Counted from the first letter of the stretch, positions 49,783 through 60,354 are shown. The stretch is 64,000 nt of DNA from an uncultured delta proteobacterium (GCA_963771465.1 CAVYTU010000017.1:192001-256000), one strand, 5' to 3'. Notes: generated from the sequence alone by a model not told the origin. Made by a program: numbers and translations.

Positions 49783-50853
49783 TTATCGGTCTTGGGCAAA
49801 AACCATAATATCCGCCGAGTCGACTTTGAATTGAATCGCACCGTCGGCGCTTTTCGGCAAAATTCGGTTCTTACCGAATAGCTGTCTGCCGTTCGCTTCA
49901 GCGCAGAAAGTGAATTGGTCGCCGAGAAAGGTGCTCGAGACGATTTTTCCGCTAAAGGAATTGGTCTCCGCACCGACGCTCGAAAGCGCGAGACATTCGG
50001 GGCGAAATCCCAGGCGAACTTTATTGCCGGGGCGGGTGCCGCGCTCAACATTCAGTTTGCCGATGGCGCAACTGGCAACGCCCGCTTCGACCATTTCACC
50101 GTCGAGCCAGTTCACCGAGCCGAAAAAATCGGCGACATCCGCGCTTACCGGCCGGTGGTAGATTTCCGCCGGCGCTCCCACCTGCAAAAGTTCGCCCGCT
50201 TGCATGAGCGCGATCTTATCTGCGATCGCCATCGCCTCGACTTGATCATGGGTGACGTAAAGCACTGTCGAGCCGAGCTGTTTTGCCAGTTCGCGTATTT
50301 TGCCGCGCACGTCTTCGCGCAAGCGCGCGTCGAGATTGCTGAGCGGTTCGTCCATCAAGAGTAAACGCGAGCTCACGGCGATGGCGCGCGCCAAGGCGAC
50401 GCGTTGTTGCTGGCCGCCGCTGAGCAAGGTGGCCGGCCGGTCGGCTTGTTCTTCCAATTGCACCAGTCGGAGCGCTTCTTTGACGCGGTTGGCGACTTCT
50501 TTGCGCGGAATTTTCTGCGAGCCTTCAGCCAGGGGCAGGGCGATGTTCTGTGAGACCGTGAGATGGGGCCAGACGGCGTAGGATTGAAACACCATGCCGA
50601 GCTTGCGCTGCTGCGGCGGAATCCAAGTTGGCGGCTGATCCGAAGAAACAATTCTATCGGCGATGCGAATCTCGCCGCCGTCCGGCGTTTCCAGACCGGC
50701 GATACAGCGCAGCAAAGTTGTTTTGCCCGAGCCGCTGGCGCCAACGATAACGAACAGTTCGCCTTCGGCGACTTCTAAATCCAGTGACTTGATCGCGGCG
50801 ATCTCGCCGTCGCTGACTCGGAAGCGTTTGTGCAGGCGGCGGATCGAAATCAT
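49783..50853 (-). CDS. ABC transporter ATP-binding protein (FbpC/PotA type)
   Basis: GASGSGKTT, FQSYAVWPH, LSGGQQQR, LMDEP, TOBE-like tail. Confidence 0.93.
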   Translation of the reverse strand: MISIRRLHKRFRVSDGEIAAIKSLDLEVAEGELFVIVGASGSGKTTLLRCIAGLETPDGGEIRIADRIVSSDQPPTWIPPQQRKLGMVFQSYAVWPHLTVSQNIALPLAEGSQKIPRKEVANRVKEALRLVQLEEQADRPATLLSGGQQQRVALARAIAVSSRLLLMDEPLSNLDARLREDVRGKIRELAKQLGSTVLYVTHDQVEAMAIADKIALMQAGELLQVGAPAEIYHRPVSADVADFFGSVNWLDGEMVEAGVASCAIGKLNVERGTRPGNKVRLGFRPECLALSSVGAETNSFSGKIVSSTFLGDQFTFCAEANGRQLFGKNRILPKSADGAIQFKVDSADIMVFAQDR

Positions 50854-50920
50854 GAAATTAGCGGGTCTAGCCAGCAGTTGGTATCATGACGACGGAGCCT
50901 GAATCTTTTCGAACTAGCCT

Positions 50921-50990
50921 GTTTGAGGTTTCGGGTTTCGAGTTCCAGGTTTAGCGTTAACCTGAAACCCAAAACCCTGGGACTCGAAAC
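50921..50990. repeat. Heptamer-repeat imperfect palindrome
   Basis: gtttgag gtttcgg gtttcga gttccag ... aacctga aacccaa aaccctg ggactcgaaac. Confidence 0.7.
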
Positions 50991-50996
50991 TAGCGC

Positions 50997-51506
50997 CTAA
51001 TGATACTCGGCGTTAGGCAGCGGATTTTCGACCGCTTCTTCAAGCGTCGTGGCCCGCCGCCATTCGTTGGCTGGTCGACTCTTACCATCGGTGCCGACCT
51101 GATCCATGGCGGAATAGATCTCGATTTTGTAGCCGTCGGGATCGTAGAATTCCAGGCCGGGGTTGCCACCGGGACCGCGCCGTCCCTCGTAAAAAATGGT
51201 TACGCCTTTGGATTTCAGAAATTCGCGAATCTTGAAAAGTTCCGAAACGGTCGCGACTTCCAGGGCCATGTGGTCAAACCCCACTTGGCCCTGCTTGGGC
51301 AGCTCGTTTTGCTCCTTGGCCTGTACCAGCGCAACGGTATGATGATCCGTTGAGTTGCGGAAAAAGGCCATGCCGTGCTCGTTTTTGTCGGAGAATTTGA
51401 AACCCATGACGTCCGTCCAGAACTTCGAGCTGCGCTCGATGTCGCTGACGCTCAACACCACGTGACCGATTTTCTTGATTTTTATCGGTGATTTTTCGTC
51501 CGCCAT
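50997..51506 (-). CDS. VOC-family protein (extradiol dioxygenase/glyoxalase-like)
   Basis: IGHVVL, DHHTVAL, DHMALEV, DPDGYKIE metal-ligand pattern. Confidence 0.85.
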   Translation of the reverse strand: MADEKSPIKIKKIGHVVLSVSDIERSSKFWTDVMGFKFSDKNEHGMAFFRNSTDHHTVALVQAKEQNELPKQGQVGFDHMALEVATVSELFKIREFLKSKGVTIFYEGRRGPGGNPGLEFYDPDGYKIEIYSAMDQVGTDGKSRPANEWRRATTLEEAVENPLPNAEYH

Positions 51507-51629
51507 AAATTGCTCCTTTTATTTTTTACGATTTGCGTTTTATTGCCGGCGCTTAAAGTACCGAATTTCTATCATGGAAGGCTGGGCTAAGGAAAGGTGC
51601 AAATCATTCGCCCAAGCGGGGGAAAACGG

Positions 51630-52037
51630 CTAGCGGCGGTAAAGTTTTTCGATCAGCTTGCGGCCATAATTCCTGACCGAGCCCAAGTCCATGGACCGCC
51701 TTTTCAGCATGTCCAAACGGATGAGCTTCCATTGGAGGCTTTTCGCCAGCGATTTACGTTCGCCTTCATCCTCGACGTGTTTCAATAAATCTTCCAGGAT
51801 GTGGATGTCTTTTAATAAGTCGGCTTCGGGCGGCAGGACGTTGGCGTTCTTGAGCACGTGATAGGCCATGCGCAAGTCTTCCGGCACGGTGCTCAGCTCT
51901 TCGAGCGCCAGCGGTTTGCCTTTGCCGGCGAGATCATCGAACTCGCCGTTGCGCTGGGCTTCGAGAATGCGCTGCTCGGCGAGCCGTTCGATGAAGCCGA
52001 CCGCGCCGGTGGGTTGGGTTGGGCGTTTGATCGCCAT
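51630..52037 (-). CDS. DUF1992-domain protein
   Basis: AEQRILEA..NGEFDDLAGKGKPL...VPEDLRMAY.VLKNA..LPPE. Confidence 0.85.
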   Translation of the reverse strand: MAIKRPTQPTGAVGFIERLAEQRILEAQRNGEFDDLAGKGKPLALEELSTVPEDLRMAYHVLKNANVLPPEADLLKDIHILEDLLKHVEDEGERKSLAKSLQWKLIRLDMLKRRSMDLGSVRNYGRKLIEKLYRR

Positions 52038-52050
52038 AGTGATTAATAGT

Positions 52051-53340
52051 TCAATCTCCGTCGTTAATCCTACCCCGTATCGCGGGGGAGGAAAGAGGTG
52101 AGGGTTCGATATTGTAACTTTTTTCTTCCTCCGGCGGTCGCACGTGACGGAACATCATGTAGAAGACGACGTCGTTGACCAATTGTAAACCGCCACCGAT
52201 GAATAGGGGAAGCGTGAGCGAGATGTTTTGCATTAAATATGTCGCGATAGTCGGGCTGATGCCAAAGGGCACGGCTCGCGCCAAGCTGGTGACGCCGGCG
52301 GCTGAACCGCGCTCGCTCGATTGGACCATTGCCATGGTGAACGAAGCGCGCAGCGGGTTATCCATGTAGGCGAAGAACGAGCGTACCGCGAGAAGAGTCG
52401 CTGCCAGAAAGAAAGTCGGTGCGAAGGGAATCGAAAGATAGATCAACGAAGCGAATCCATGGGAAAAGGCCATGGTTCTCACGATGCCCAAGTATCGCGC
52501 GATGATCGGCGCGCTTAAGAATGACAGGGCGGCGAGAAAGTTGGCGATGAAAAAAAGCAGACCGAGAGATTTGAGGTCGACGCCGAAGCGGAGAAAGAAC
52601 CAGTAGGACACCAATCCGCCGGCCATACCGGCGCCGAAGTTGTCGACGAAAGCGAGAATCGACATCTTGGTGACGAACACGCCGGTGGTACGTGAAATTT
52701 TCTCTTCAACTTGCCGCGGTTGGTACCGTTCGTCGATGGCATTATAAACGAATAATAAACCGACGCTGAATAGGATGGTCAGAACAAAGAGCGGTTTATA
52801 CGAGGACACGGAGTCCCAGCCGGCGCGCTCTTGAAGAAATTGTGGCAAACCGGCCGCCAGGGCGCCGATGGCGCCCATCACTGAGCCGACAAAAGCGTTC
52901 AGCGCGAAAATCTGATTGCGGTTTTCCGGCTGACACTTTTCCGCTAGCAGAGCTTCCTCCACGGGATTGAACGGGCCGCCGCCCGAACCGCCGCCTCCCG
53001 ATCCACCGGCGCCGACGTTGGCGATGATGACCGCGAGGAGAATGAAAACCAAGCCGCTAAAGAACACGAAAATGCCATTCGAGATGATCGTCAGGACGGC
53101 GAGCAGCATGAGAATTTTTCTACGCCCGTAGCGGTCCGAGAGGTAACCCCAGACCGCGGTCAGCACCGCGCCGCTCAAGTAAGCGACGGAATAAACGATG
53201 CCGATGGTCACCGGCGAGTAGCCGAGACGATCTAGGTAGATAGCGAAGACCACGTTCAGATAGGAAAAGGCGAAAGCGCGGATGCCGCGCGAGGCCATGA
53301 GCAGTTTGGCGTCGTGATGAAGGTCGCGATAGATGGCCAT
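52051..53340 (-). CDS. MFS transporter
   Basis: About 12 TM segments, GYLSDRYGRRK motif A; start MAIYRD inferred. Confidence 0.88.
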   Translation of the reverse strand: MAIYRDLHHDAKLLMASRGIRAFAFSYLNVVFAIYLDRLGYSPVTIGIVYSVAYLSGAVLTAVWGYLSDRYGRRKILMLLAVLTIISNGIFVFFSGLVFILLAVIIANVGAGGSGGGGSGGGPFNPVEEALLAEKCQPENRNQIFALNAFVGSVMGAIGALAAGLPQFLQERAGWDSVSSYKPLFVLTILFSVGLLFVYNAIDERYQPRQVEEKISRTTGVFVTKMSILAFVDNFGAGMAGGLVSYWFFLRFGVDLKSLGLLFFIANFLAALSFLSAPIIARYLGIVRTMAFSHGFASLIYLSIPFAPTFFLAATLLAVRSFFAYMDNPLRASFTMAMVQSSERGSAAGVTSLARAVPFGISPTIATYLMQNISLTLPLFIGGGLQLVNDVVFYMMFRHVRPPEEEKSYNIEPSPLSSPAIRGRINDGD

Positions 53341-53342
53341 GA

Positions 53343-54599
53343 TTACGCGGTGGCCGCTTGCGGCTTGGCCCCTTGTTCTTCCGGCGGCTTGACGTCGCGG
53401 AACATGTAGTAGAAGACGCAATCGTGGAACAATTGTAGAAAGCCGCCGATGAAAATCGGCACGCCTAGGGAAAAACTCTGCATTAAATAGGCGGACAGAG
53501 TCGGACTGATGGCCACGGGCACATGGCGCGACAGACTCGTCAGTCCCGCCGCAGAGCCGCGGTCCTCGGGGCGAACTACGCCCATGATAAACGAACTGCG
53601 CAAAGGGGTGTCCATGTAAGCCAGATACGAGCGCACGATGGTGAGGGCGGCGGCGATGGTAAAGGTCGGCGCTAGCGGCAGAAACAAATAGATCAGCGAG
53701 GCTAGGCCGTGCGAGAACGCCATGGTGCGTACGATGCCAATTTTCCGCGCGATGATCGGCGCGGTGAGAAACGACATGGCGGCGAGAAAATAGGACAGAA
53801 AGAACATCAAGCCCAAGGATTTCAGTTCGACGCCGTAGCGCAGAAAAAACCAGTAGGCCATCAACGGACTGATCAATCCGCCGCCGAGGTTGTCGACCAT
53901 ACCGAGGAGCGACATCTTGAGCACGAACTTGTTCGCTTTGGTCGCGAGCTTTTTCTTTTCCCGCTTTTGATAGACGTGATGTTCGTCGATTTGCGAATAA
54001 GCGTAAATCAGCACGATGCTGAACAAAATCGTCAGCGCGAAAAGCGGCTTATAGGAATCGATCGGCTGCCAACGCCAATTTTCTTGGAGATGCTGTGGCA
54101 GACCGCTGAGCAGCGCGCCGAGGGAACCGCACATGGAGCCGACGAAAGCGTTGGCGCCGAACACTTTATTGCGATTCTCCGCCGTGCACTTTTCCGCGAG
54201 CAATGCTTGTTCGACCGGACTCATGGGCCCGCCGCCTTGTCCGCCGGCGCCCGAGCCGCCGGCGCCGACGTTGGCGATAATCACAGCGCCGATGATGAAG
54301 ATCAGATGGCTAAAGAAAATATAGATGAGATTCGAGACGATGGTCAGCGCGGCGAGCAGAATCAAGATGTTCTTGCGGCCGTAGCGGTCCGACAAATAAC
54401 CCCACAGTGCGGTGAGAACCGCGCTGGCGGCGTAGGCGGTGGTGACGACGAAACCGACCGTCATGGTCGAGTAACCCAACTGACTTAGATAAATGGTAAA
54501 GATCACACCCAGATACGAAAAGGCAAAGGCGCGCACGCCGCGGGAGGTCATGAGAATGATCGCATCCCGCTGCAAATCGCCGAAGAATTTCTCGATCAC
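53343..54599 (-). CDS. MFS transporter (tandem paralog)
   Basis: GYLSDRYGRK motif A; clearly similar to the downstream MFS. Confidence 0.88.
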   Translation of the reverse strand: MIEKFFGDLQRDAIILMTSRGVRAFAFSYLGVIFTIYLSQLGYSTMTVGFVVTTAYAASAVLTALWGYLSDRYGRKNILILLAALTIVSNLIYIFFSHLIFIIGAVIIANVGAGGSGAGGQGGGPMSPVEQALLAEKCTAENRNKVFGANAFVGSMCGSLGALLSGLPQHLQENWRWQPIDSYKPLFALTILFSIVLIYAYSQIDEHHVYQKREKKKLATKANKFVLKMSLLGMVDNLGGGLISPLMAYWFFLRYGVELKSLGLMFFLSYFLAAMSFLTAPIIARKIGIVRTMAFSHGLASLIYLFLPLAPTFTIAAALTIVRSYLAYMDTPLRSSFIMGVVRPEDRGSAAGLTSLSRHVPVAISPTLSAYLMQSFSLGVPIFIGGFLQLFHDCVFYYMFRDVKPPEEQGAKPQAATA

Positions 54600-55570
54600 T
54601 TGGTCTGCCCTTGTTGCAGGATGGCTTGGTAGTGGCTGCGCTCGTAGTCGAGCTCGGTACGTATGCCGATGGCGTGAAGCGCGTCATTAGCCTCATCCAA
54701 AGATGTGCTGTGGCGCAGCGCTTGAGCCGGCCGGGCGAGGGTATCGTAGAGTTTTCGGGTCGAGACGAAAAAGGTCAGCGCGCTGAGCGGCGTCAGTTTG
54801 ACATGGCGCTCGCCGCGGCGAATATCGTGGTTGCCCCAGGCGCCGCGAAAGCACTGCACCGGAATCGCGCTCGCCTCGGTGGGGACGGTTTTGATCACTT
54901 CTTCGAGCTCCGCGGCGATCTTCGGCGTGAGCGACCAAGCGCCGAGCAGTCCGTTGGCTGCGGCAAGCTTGCTGAGAGCGATCTCAATTTCGCCGACGCT
55001 GAGTTCGCCGTCGCTGCCGTAACCAAAAACGCCCCATAGGGTTCGCTGGCCGCGCTTTTCCAATTCCGTAAACGCGGCGAGCATGATCGAGTCCGCCAGC
55101 GGACTGCGCAGGCCCGGTTCATAGCCTTCGGTCAAAGAATCGCCGCCGACGTCGAGACCGACGAGCAAATCTGCATTCAGTTCTTTCATGGCGACTTCCA
55201 GCCCGTCGACGACGCCTTGCACGCCGCCGTTGATGTCGACGAGCAAGACTTCTCGTTTAATAACCGCCGCCATCCTCGCTTCCGCGAAGGGCACGCCGGT
55301 GCTGGTTTGGCTTTCCGGATTGGCTAGCCAGGCGTGTGGGTGCAGCGCGCGGACGTTATTCGTTTCACTCAATTTGCGCGGGCCGGGGATGGGATCGTAG
55401 ACGTTACGTTCCCAAGAAAGGCCGCCGAGGGTAAATTGCAGGCCGCAAAATTCTAAGAAGCGCGCCGCCGCCAGCGCACCGACCACGTCGCCGCCGCCGC
55501 CAACGCCGATGATAAGAGCATGTTTCGAGGCACGGATGATGTCTTCGAGTGAGGCGGTGGCGGAAGTCAT
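54596..55570 (-). CDS. DUF1152-domain protein
   Basis: IGVGGGGDV, LDVGGDSL..G.E..LRSPLADS, GYGSDGEL. Confidence 0.8.
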   Translation of the reverse strand: MTSATASLEDIIRASKHALIIGVGGGGDVVGALAAARFLEFCGLQFTLGGLSWERNVYDPIPGPRKLSETNNVRALHPHAWLANPESQTSTGVPFAEARMAAVIKREVLLVDINGGVQGVVDGLEVAMKELNADLLVGLDVGGDSLTEGYEPGLRSPLADSIMLAAFTELEKRGQRTLWGVFGYGSDGELSVGEIEIALSKLAAANGLLGAWSLTPKIAAELEEVIKTVPTEASAIPVQCFRGAWGNHDIRRGERHVKLTPLSALTFFVSTRKLYDTLARPAQALRHSTSLDEANDALHAIGIRTELDYERSHYQAILQQGQTK

Positions 55571-56120
55571 TTAGGAATGTGCGTGTCCTGTCCCGGCACG
55601 GGATTGGCGATGGCTTCGTCGATGGATTTCACGCCGTGCCATTCGCTCGACGGCCGCACCCGGCCGTCGCTGCCGACTTGATCGACGCCCCAGTAAATTT
55701 CCAACGAGTGATTGTCTGGGTCGCGAAACTCGACGGCGATCTGGCAGCCGGCGCGGCGTCGACCTTCGAAGTCGATCTTGGCGCCAACCTCGCGCAAGCG
55801 ATCGCACGCGCGCAGAACTTCGCCAAGGGTTGGCACTTCAAAGGCGAGATGATGCAGCTCGCGATTACTATTCTTGCCGTCGCCTTGACCGACGAGAGCC
55901 AGGCAATGATGATCAGTGTCGCAGCGCAAGAAAACCATGCCGCCGGGCATCATGTCTTCGGGATAAACATCGGAGACTTTGAAGCCAAGCACTTTAGTGT
56001 AGAACTCCGTCGCGCGCTCGAGATCGCTGACCTGCAAGACCACGTGGCCGACTTTGGCGATGTGGAATTCCATGCCCTTCGGAGGCGCCAGTTTTTAAGC
56101 TTTTCAATATTAACGGCCAT
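55567..56120 (-). CDS. VOC-family protein (N-terminal frameshift at a 5-base homopolymer near 56095)
   Basis: VGHVVL, DHHCLAL, HHLAFEV, DPDNHSLE; RBS-bearing start MAVNIEKLK joins the ORF if one A is added. Confidence 0.82.
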
Positions 56121-56177
56121 ACTCGAGCCTCCAATGATTGCGGACAATTCGGTTCGGAGTTGTCGCCCGCGAATAAA

Positions 56178-56975
56178 TTAACTTGGCGAGTTCGGCATGA
56201 GCTTGTTGGCACGCAGAAAATCGATGACGAATTCGTCGAAGCCGGCGGGATCTTCGATGTTACAGGCGTGGCCGGTTTTCGGTAGAATTTTATGCACGGC
56301 GCCGGGAATGAGCGACGCGGTTTTCTTGCCGCCGGCGAGGGAATTGTCGTATTCGCCGTTGATCACCAAGGTCGGCACTTTCATCGTCGCCAGGCGCGGC
56401 GTCATGTCGAGGCCGCCGCGGGCGCGAAAGATTTGCCCGATGGATTCACCGGACAGCCACGGGTCGCGCTCGACAAACGTATTGAGCAAATATTTGCCAA
56501 GTTTGGTTTCAGGAAAATCCGGCGCGACCAATTCGCGTAAATGTTGGATGTGAAATTTCTCGATGCCGATTTTGGTATAGCCGTGAATCCGCTTATCGAT
56601 GCTGCCGCCGGGGCCGCTGCTGCCGCCGACGAGAATAATTGCTTTAAAGATTTCCGGGTGATCGAGGCCGAGCAAGATGGCCATGCCCGAGCCGACGCTG
56701 ACGCCGCCGAGGATCGCTTCTTTCACGCCTTCGTCACGGCAGACGCCGAGCACGTCGTCAGCCATGTCTTTTAAACTGAACGGCGTTGTCGGCTTGTCCG
56801 AGCGGCCGTAGCCGCGGATGTCGATGGCGATCACTTTGAAGTAAGTCGAGAAGTGGGCGATCTGATACATCCACAAGTTGTGGTCGAAGGGATTGGCGTG
56901 AACCATGACGAAGGGCAAACCTTCGCCGGAAACTTCGTAGTAGATCTTCAGGCCGTTGGCTGTGCTGTAGGGCAT
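56178..56975 (-). CDS. Alpha/beta hydrolase
   Basis: DIRGYGRS, GVSVG nucleophile elbow, INGEYD, GHACNIE. Confidence 0.88.
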   Translation of the reverse strand: MPYSTANGLKIYYEVSGEGLPFVMVHANPFDHNLWMYQIAHFSTYFKVIAIDIRGYGRSDKPTTPFSLKDMADDVLGVCRDEGVKEAILGGVSVGSGMAILLGLDHPEIFKAIILVGGSSGPGGSIDKRIHGYTKIGIEKFHIQHLRELVAPDFPETKLGKYLLNTFVERDPWLSGESIGQIFRARGGLDMTPRLATMKVPTLVINGEYDNSLAGGKKTASLIPGAVHKILPKTGHACNIEDPAGFDEFVIDFLRANKLMPNSPS

Positions 56976-57007
56976 GGTGTTTTTTGCGCAGTGAGTCGCT
57001 TTGGGGT

Positions 57008-57079
57008 TTCGCCTTACCCTCACCGTTTACCCTTTACGGTCGATTCGGTAAGGGGTGAAGGGTAAGGGGTTAGGGGTCA
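57008..57079. repeat. Heptamer-repeat imperfect palindrome
   Basis: ttaccc tcaccgt ttaccct ttac ... gtaa ggggtga agggtaa ggggtta ggggtca. Confidence 0.7.
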
Positions 57080-57096
57080 CGGAATCGTTCCATTAG

Positions 57097-57802
57097 TTAG
57101 TTCGATTTCCTCGGCCGCTCTTGCTTGATCTTTTCTTTCACTTCTTCGAGCTTCATCACGTCGGTGTACTTGTGGTGCATGTCGAAGAGATTTACTTTGT
57201 GCGACAGGATACTGCGGTCGTAGACGCATTCTTCGACGATGGACACGTGATAGCCGAGACTAGTAGCCGTCGACGCAGCTGGCGCGCACACAGCCGCTGG
57301 TGCTCTCGCCGCAGACGATCAAACTGTCGCATCCCAGTTGAGTTAGATGCGCGACCAGCGGCGTGCCGAAAAAGCCGCTGGCGCGTTCTTTGAAAATCAC
57401 CACGTCGCCTTGCTGCGGCTTGAACTCTTCTTTTATTTCAAACGCTTCGGGATCGATCTTCACGCGCTGGCGGTTGGTGGCGTAGATGTAGTCGGGCTTG
57501 GCTTCTTTTCTGGTTTCCGTGGTCGTGTAAAAGACCGGAATTTTGAGCGAGCGCGCCAACGCGAATAGTTCCTGGGTCGGTTTGATCGCGTTATGCGCAT
57601 AGACGCCGCAGGAGCTTTTATGAGTGTCGACCAGCTCGTGCGGATATTTTGCGCCGCCTTCATAGGCGAGGTTGTAAAGATCGATGGCCAACAGCGCCGG
57701 TCTTTGGCCGATGTAGGTTTCGCGATGATACGGCGTGTACGTTTTCATAATTTCCGGCGAGACGATGTCCTGCCAACAATGATCTTCAAATTCTGCTGCC
57801 AT
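57097..57802 (-). CDS. Isochorismatase/cysteine hydrolase (maleamate amidohydrolase-like), frameshift near 57262
   Basis: LAID, KERASGFFGT, GESTSGCVRAS triad; tail SLGYHVSIVEECVYDRS...FDMHHKY lies in another frame. Confidence 0.82.
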
Positions 57803-57976
57803 GTTTCACTCCTCAATTTTTATTGTGACGCAGATTGAGCACCCGACTCCTCATCTACATATAGCTTCGCGCCGATGTCAAGAAAGCCGGCTGATTGGCG
57901 AGAAAAGACGTTGCGCGCTGGTTTCGGCAGTGATAGCTTTTCGCCGAGCAAACCCCCGAACTGAGGTTAAATCGAG

Positions 57977-58422
57977 ATGGACTATTCAAAAGAGTTCGTC
58001 GCTCAGCTCTCCGATGACCAACTCCAAACCGAGTGGGAAAAGTATCTCGCCTATTCCTATGAGCGACAGAGGCTGCGCGGTTTAGTTCAGAGCGTTCTCA
58101 GGAAAAAGGCGCCCGAGCGCGCGGTCAACGCTCAAGAGCTTGCCGAAGGTGGACTCGCAGCAGTTAAATCCGGCGACAAGGAGATTCTGCTTGCTAAAGT
58201 CGACGGCAAGATCCACGCCATCGACAATGCCTGCGGCCACTTAGCCTACCCGCTTAACGACGGCAAGCTTGACGGTCATGTCGTTACCTGCCCCTGGCAC
58301 TTCGCCCGATTCGACGTGCGCACGGGCGAGGTCGTCAGTGCCGGAATCGATTTCGAGAATCTCAAACCATTGGAATGCAAGTTTCCGCTGATGGAAGTTT
58401 GGCAATCGGTGAAAAGCCATGA
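57977..58422 (+). CDS. Rieske [2Fe-2S] ferredoxin with N-terminal helical extension (frameshift near 58370)
   Basis: CGH...CPWH Rieske ligands; corrected tail GMQVSADGSLAIGEKP* overlaps the next ATG. Confidence 0.75.
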
Positions 58423-58866
58423 ACCAGACATACACTCGCGAAGAACTCGAAAAACTCAGCCATGCCGAGCTCAAGAAGTTGGCCGCCGAGCTGGAAATGG
58501 AAGGGGCGCAGATCAAAAAAACACGCCACTATTTCATCAGCCGAGTTTTGGCGGCGGATCGAGAACCGGCCGCTCAAAGTTGCCAAGCTCGGCGAAGGCG
58601 AGATGGCCGCCGTGCGCCTGGGCGACCAGCCGATTGTCTTCGCCAAGGTTGAGGACAAGATTTACGCTTTCAACGACCGCTGCCCGCACAAAGGGTTTCC
58701 ACTCCATAAAGGCAGCCTGGACGGGCATACTCTCACCTGCGCCTATCACGGCGGCCAGTTCGACATTCGCAACGGCCAATGTTTGAAGCATCCTTATGAA
58801 ACGTATCCGTGTCAGAGTTTCGCCGTCGATGTGGCTGAAGACGGAATGATTGAGTGCAAGTCGTGA
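58419..58866 (+). CDS. Second Rieske [2Fe-2S] ferredoxin with N-terminal helical extension (frameshift near 58540)
   Basis: MNQTYTREELEKLSHAELKKLAAEL... then CPH...CAYH ligands in ORF 58462-58866. Confidence 0.75.
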
Positions 58867-58907
58867 CTTCGCCGGTTGGCAGCAGGTGAAAAAACCGGAG
58901 GTGCGAA

Positions 58908-60030
58908 ATGAGCCGTTGCTGCTCAGTGCGCTTCGCCGTTTTCCTCCCAATTACCGCATGGCTTTGCTTCGCGAGCGTCGACTCACGCCGCCGCGCCGAG
59001 TCCCGCGGTCGCCAAGGCCAAGCATGACGCCGAGGCAAAGGGATACATCTTTGAGTCCAGCCGCGATGAGATCGTCGCCAAGGCAAAAAAAGAAGGTGCC
59101 GTTCGGGTGCTGGCATCATCGAGTCCGGCGGCCCTTGCGCCGCTCGTTAAAGCTTTCAAAGACAAATATCCTTTCATCGACGCCCGCGCCACAGAGATCG
59201 TGCGAGAAGATTCGCAGACACGGGCTATGCAATTAAAATCGGGTTCGCGGTTGGACGAAGATGTCATCCACGTTCCGCCGGATCTCTATCCGGATTATCT
59301 GCCGTATTTGAAAAAATTCGACATCGCCGCCATGGCTGAGCACAAAGTCTTGGACATTCCAGTGAAGATGATCGACTCCATTCAGCTGAATCTGGTGGCG
59401 ATGGAAAGCTCGCTACAGGTGGTGGCGTTTAATAAATGTCTCATCGATCCGGCCAAGGTTCCCAATAGCTGGGAAGATTTTCTCAAGCCGGAATTCAAGG
59501 GCAAGAAGTTCCTCGTCGATATCCGCCCTAATCTTGAGACCGTCATGGCCGCCGGAGCGGGTGAGGCGTGGATGGTCAACTACGCCAAGCGAATCGCCGC
59601 GCAGCAACCGATTTGGATTCGCGGCCAAACCAAGACAATCACACAGATCGCCGCCGGCGAGTACACGCTCCATCGCGGCGCGTATTATCAAGGCGTGGTG
59701 CGAAGCATGCGCAAAGATCCGACCGGCTGCCTCCAGTCAAAAATTATCGAGCCGATCCCAGTTCGGGTCGACGGACCGCACGCAGTCTTGGCGACTTCAG
59801 CCAATCCTCACGCGGCTCTGCTCTGGCTGGAATTTATGGCCGGCGTCCAGGGGCAGGCGATCACCGATGAATACGAGCCGGTGAGCGCGTCGGTTTACTC
59901 GCCCGGATCGGTGATCGAGAAGATTGTCAGAGGCAAAAAAGCGTGGATCAGAGATTTGCAGTCGATCGATAAGACGCAGAAATGGATGGCGATGGCGGTC
60001 GAAGCCTTCGGCTTTCCGCGCGGCAACTAA
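58908..60030 (+). CDS. ABC transporter substrate-binding protein (frameshift near 58987)
   Basis: GGAGG RBS, signal-like N-terminus, AKAKKEGAV, PNSWEDFLKPEFKG, NPHAALLWLEF. Confidence 0.8.
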
Positions 60031-60065
60031 CGGTATTTGCAACCAACTCGGTTTAGATTTCGAAA

Positions 60066-60305
60066 TTACATTTGGTTGGGAGATTCAGTCGCTTTGCGCG
60101 CCCGGATCTCATTGATCTCGTGCCAGTCCTCGGCCCAGCGCTCTACTTCTTCTTTCTTATCGCCGTAGCGTTTTTGCACGACGCCGAGGAATTTATCGTA
60201 GTCGCCTTCCGCTTCGAGCAGATCGTTGTCGGTCAACTGGCCCCATTTCTTTTTGATCGCACCTTTGAATTCCTGCCAACTTCCTTCGAATTGTTCTTTA
60301 TTCAT
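60066..60305 (-). CDS. CsbD-family general stress protein
   Basis: MNKEQFEGSWQEFKG.IKKKWGQLTDNDL...G.VQKRYG. Confidence 0.88.
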   Translation of the reverse strand: MNKEQFEGSWQEFKGAIKKKWGQLTDNDLLEAEGDYDKFLGVVQKRYGDKKEEVERWAEDWHEINEIRARKATESPNQM

Positions 60306-60354
60306 GAGAACGCCTCCTTGTCTCCAGTGCCCGAGTTTTCCCGCTTCTACCGCA

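Noticed and set aside
57260-57262. TAG ending the isochorismatase ORF early, considered as possible pyrrolysine or readthrough
   Set aside because: The missing C-terminus lies in a different frame, so a one-base insertion explains it
57977-58786. 269-aa Rieske ORF as a single protein
   Set aside because: Its C-terminal half is out-of-frame sequence; two separate Rieske genes fit better
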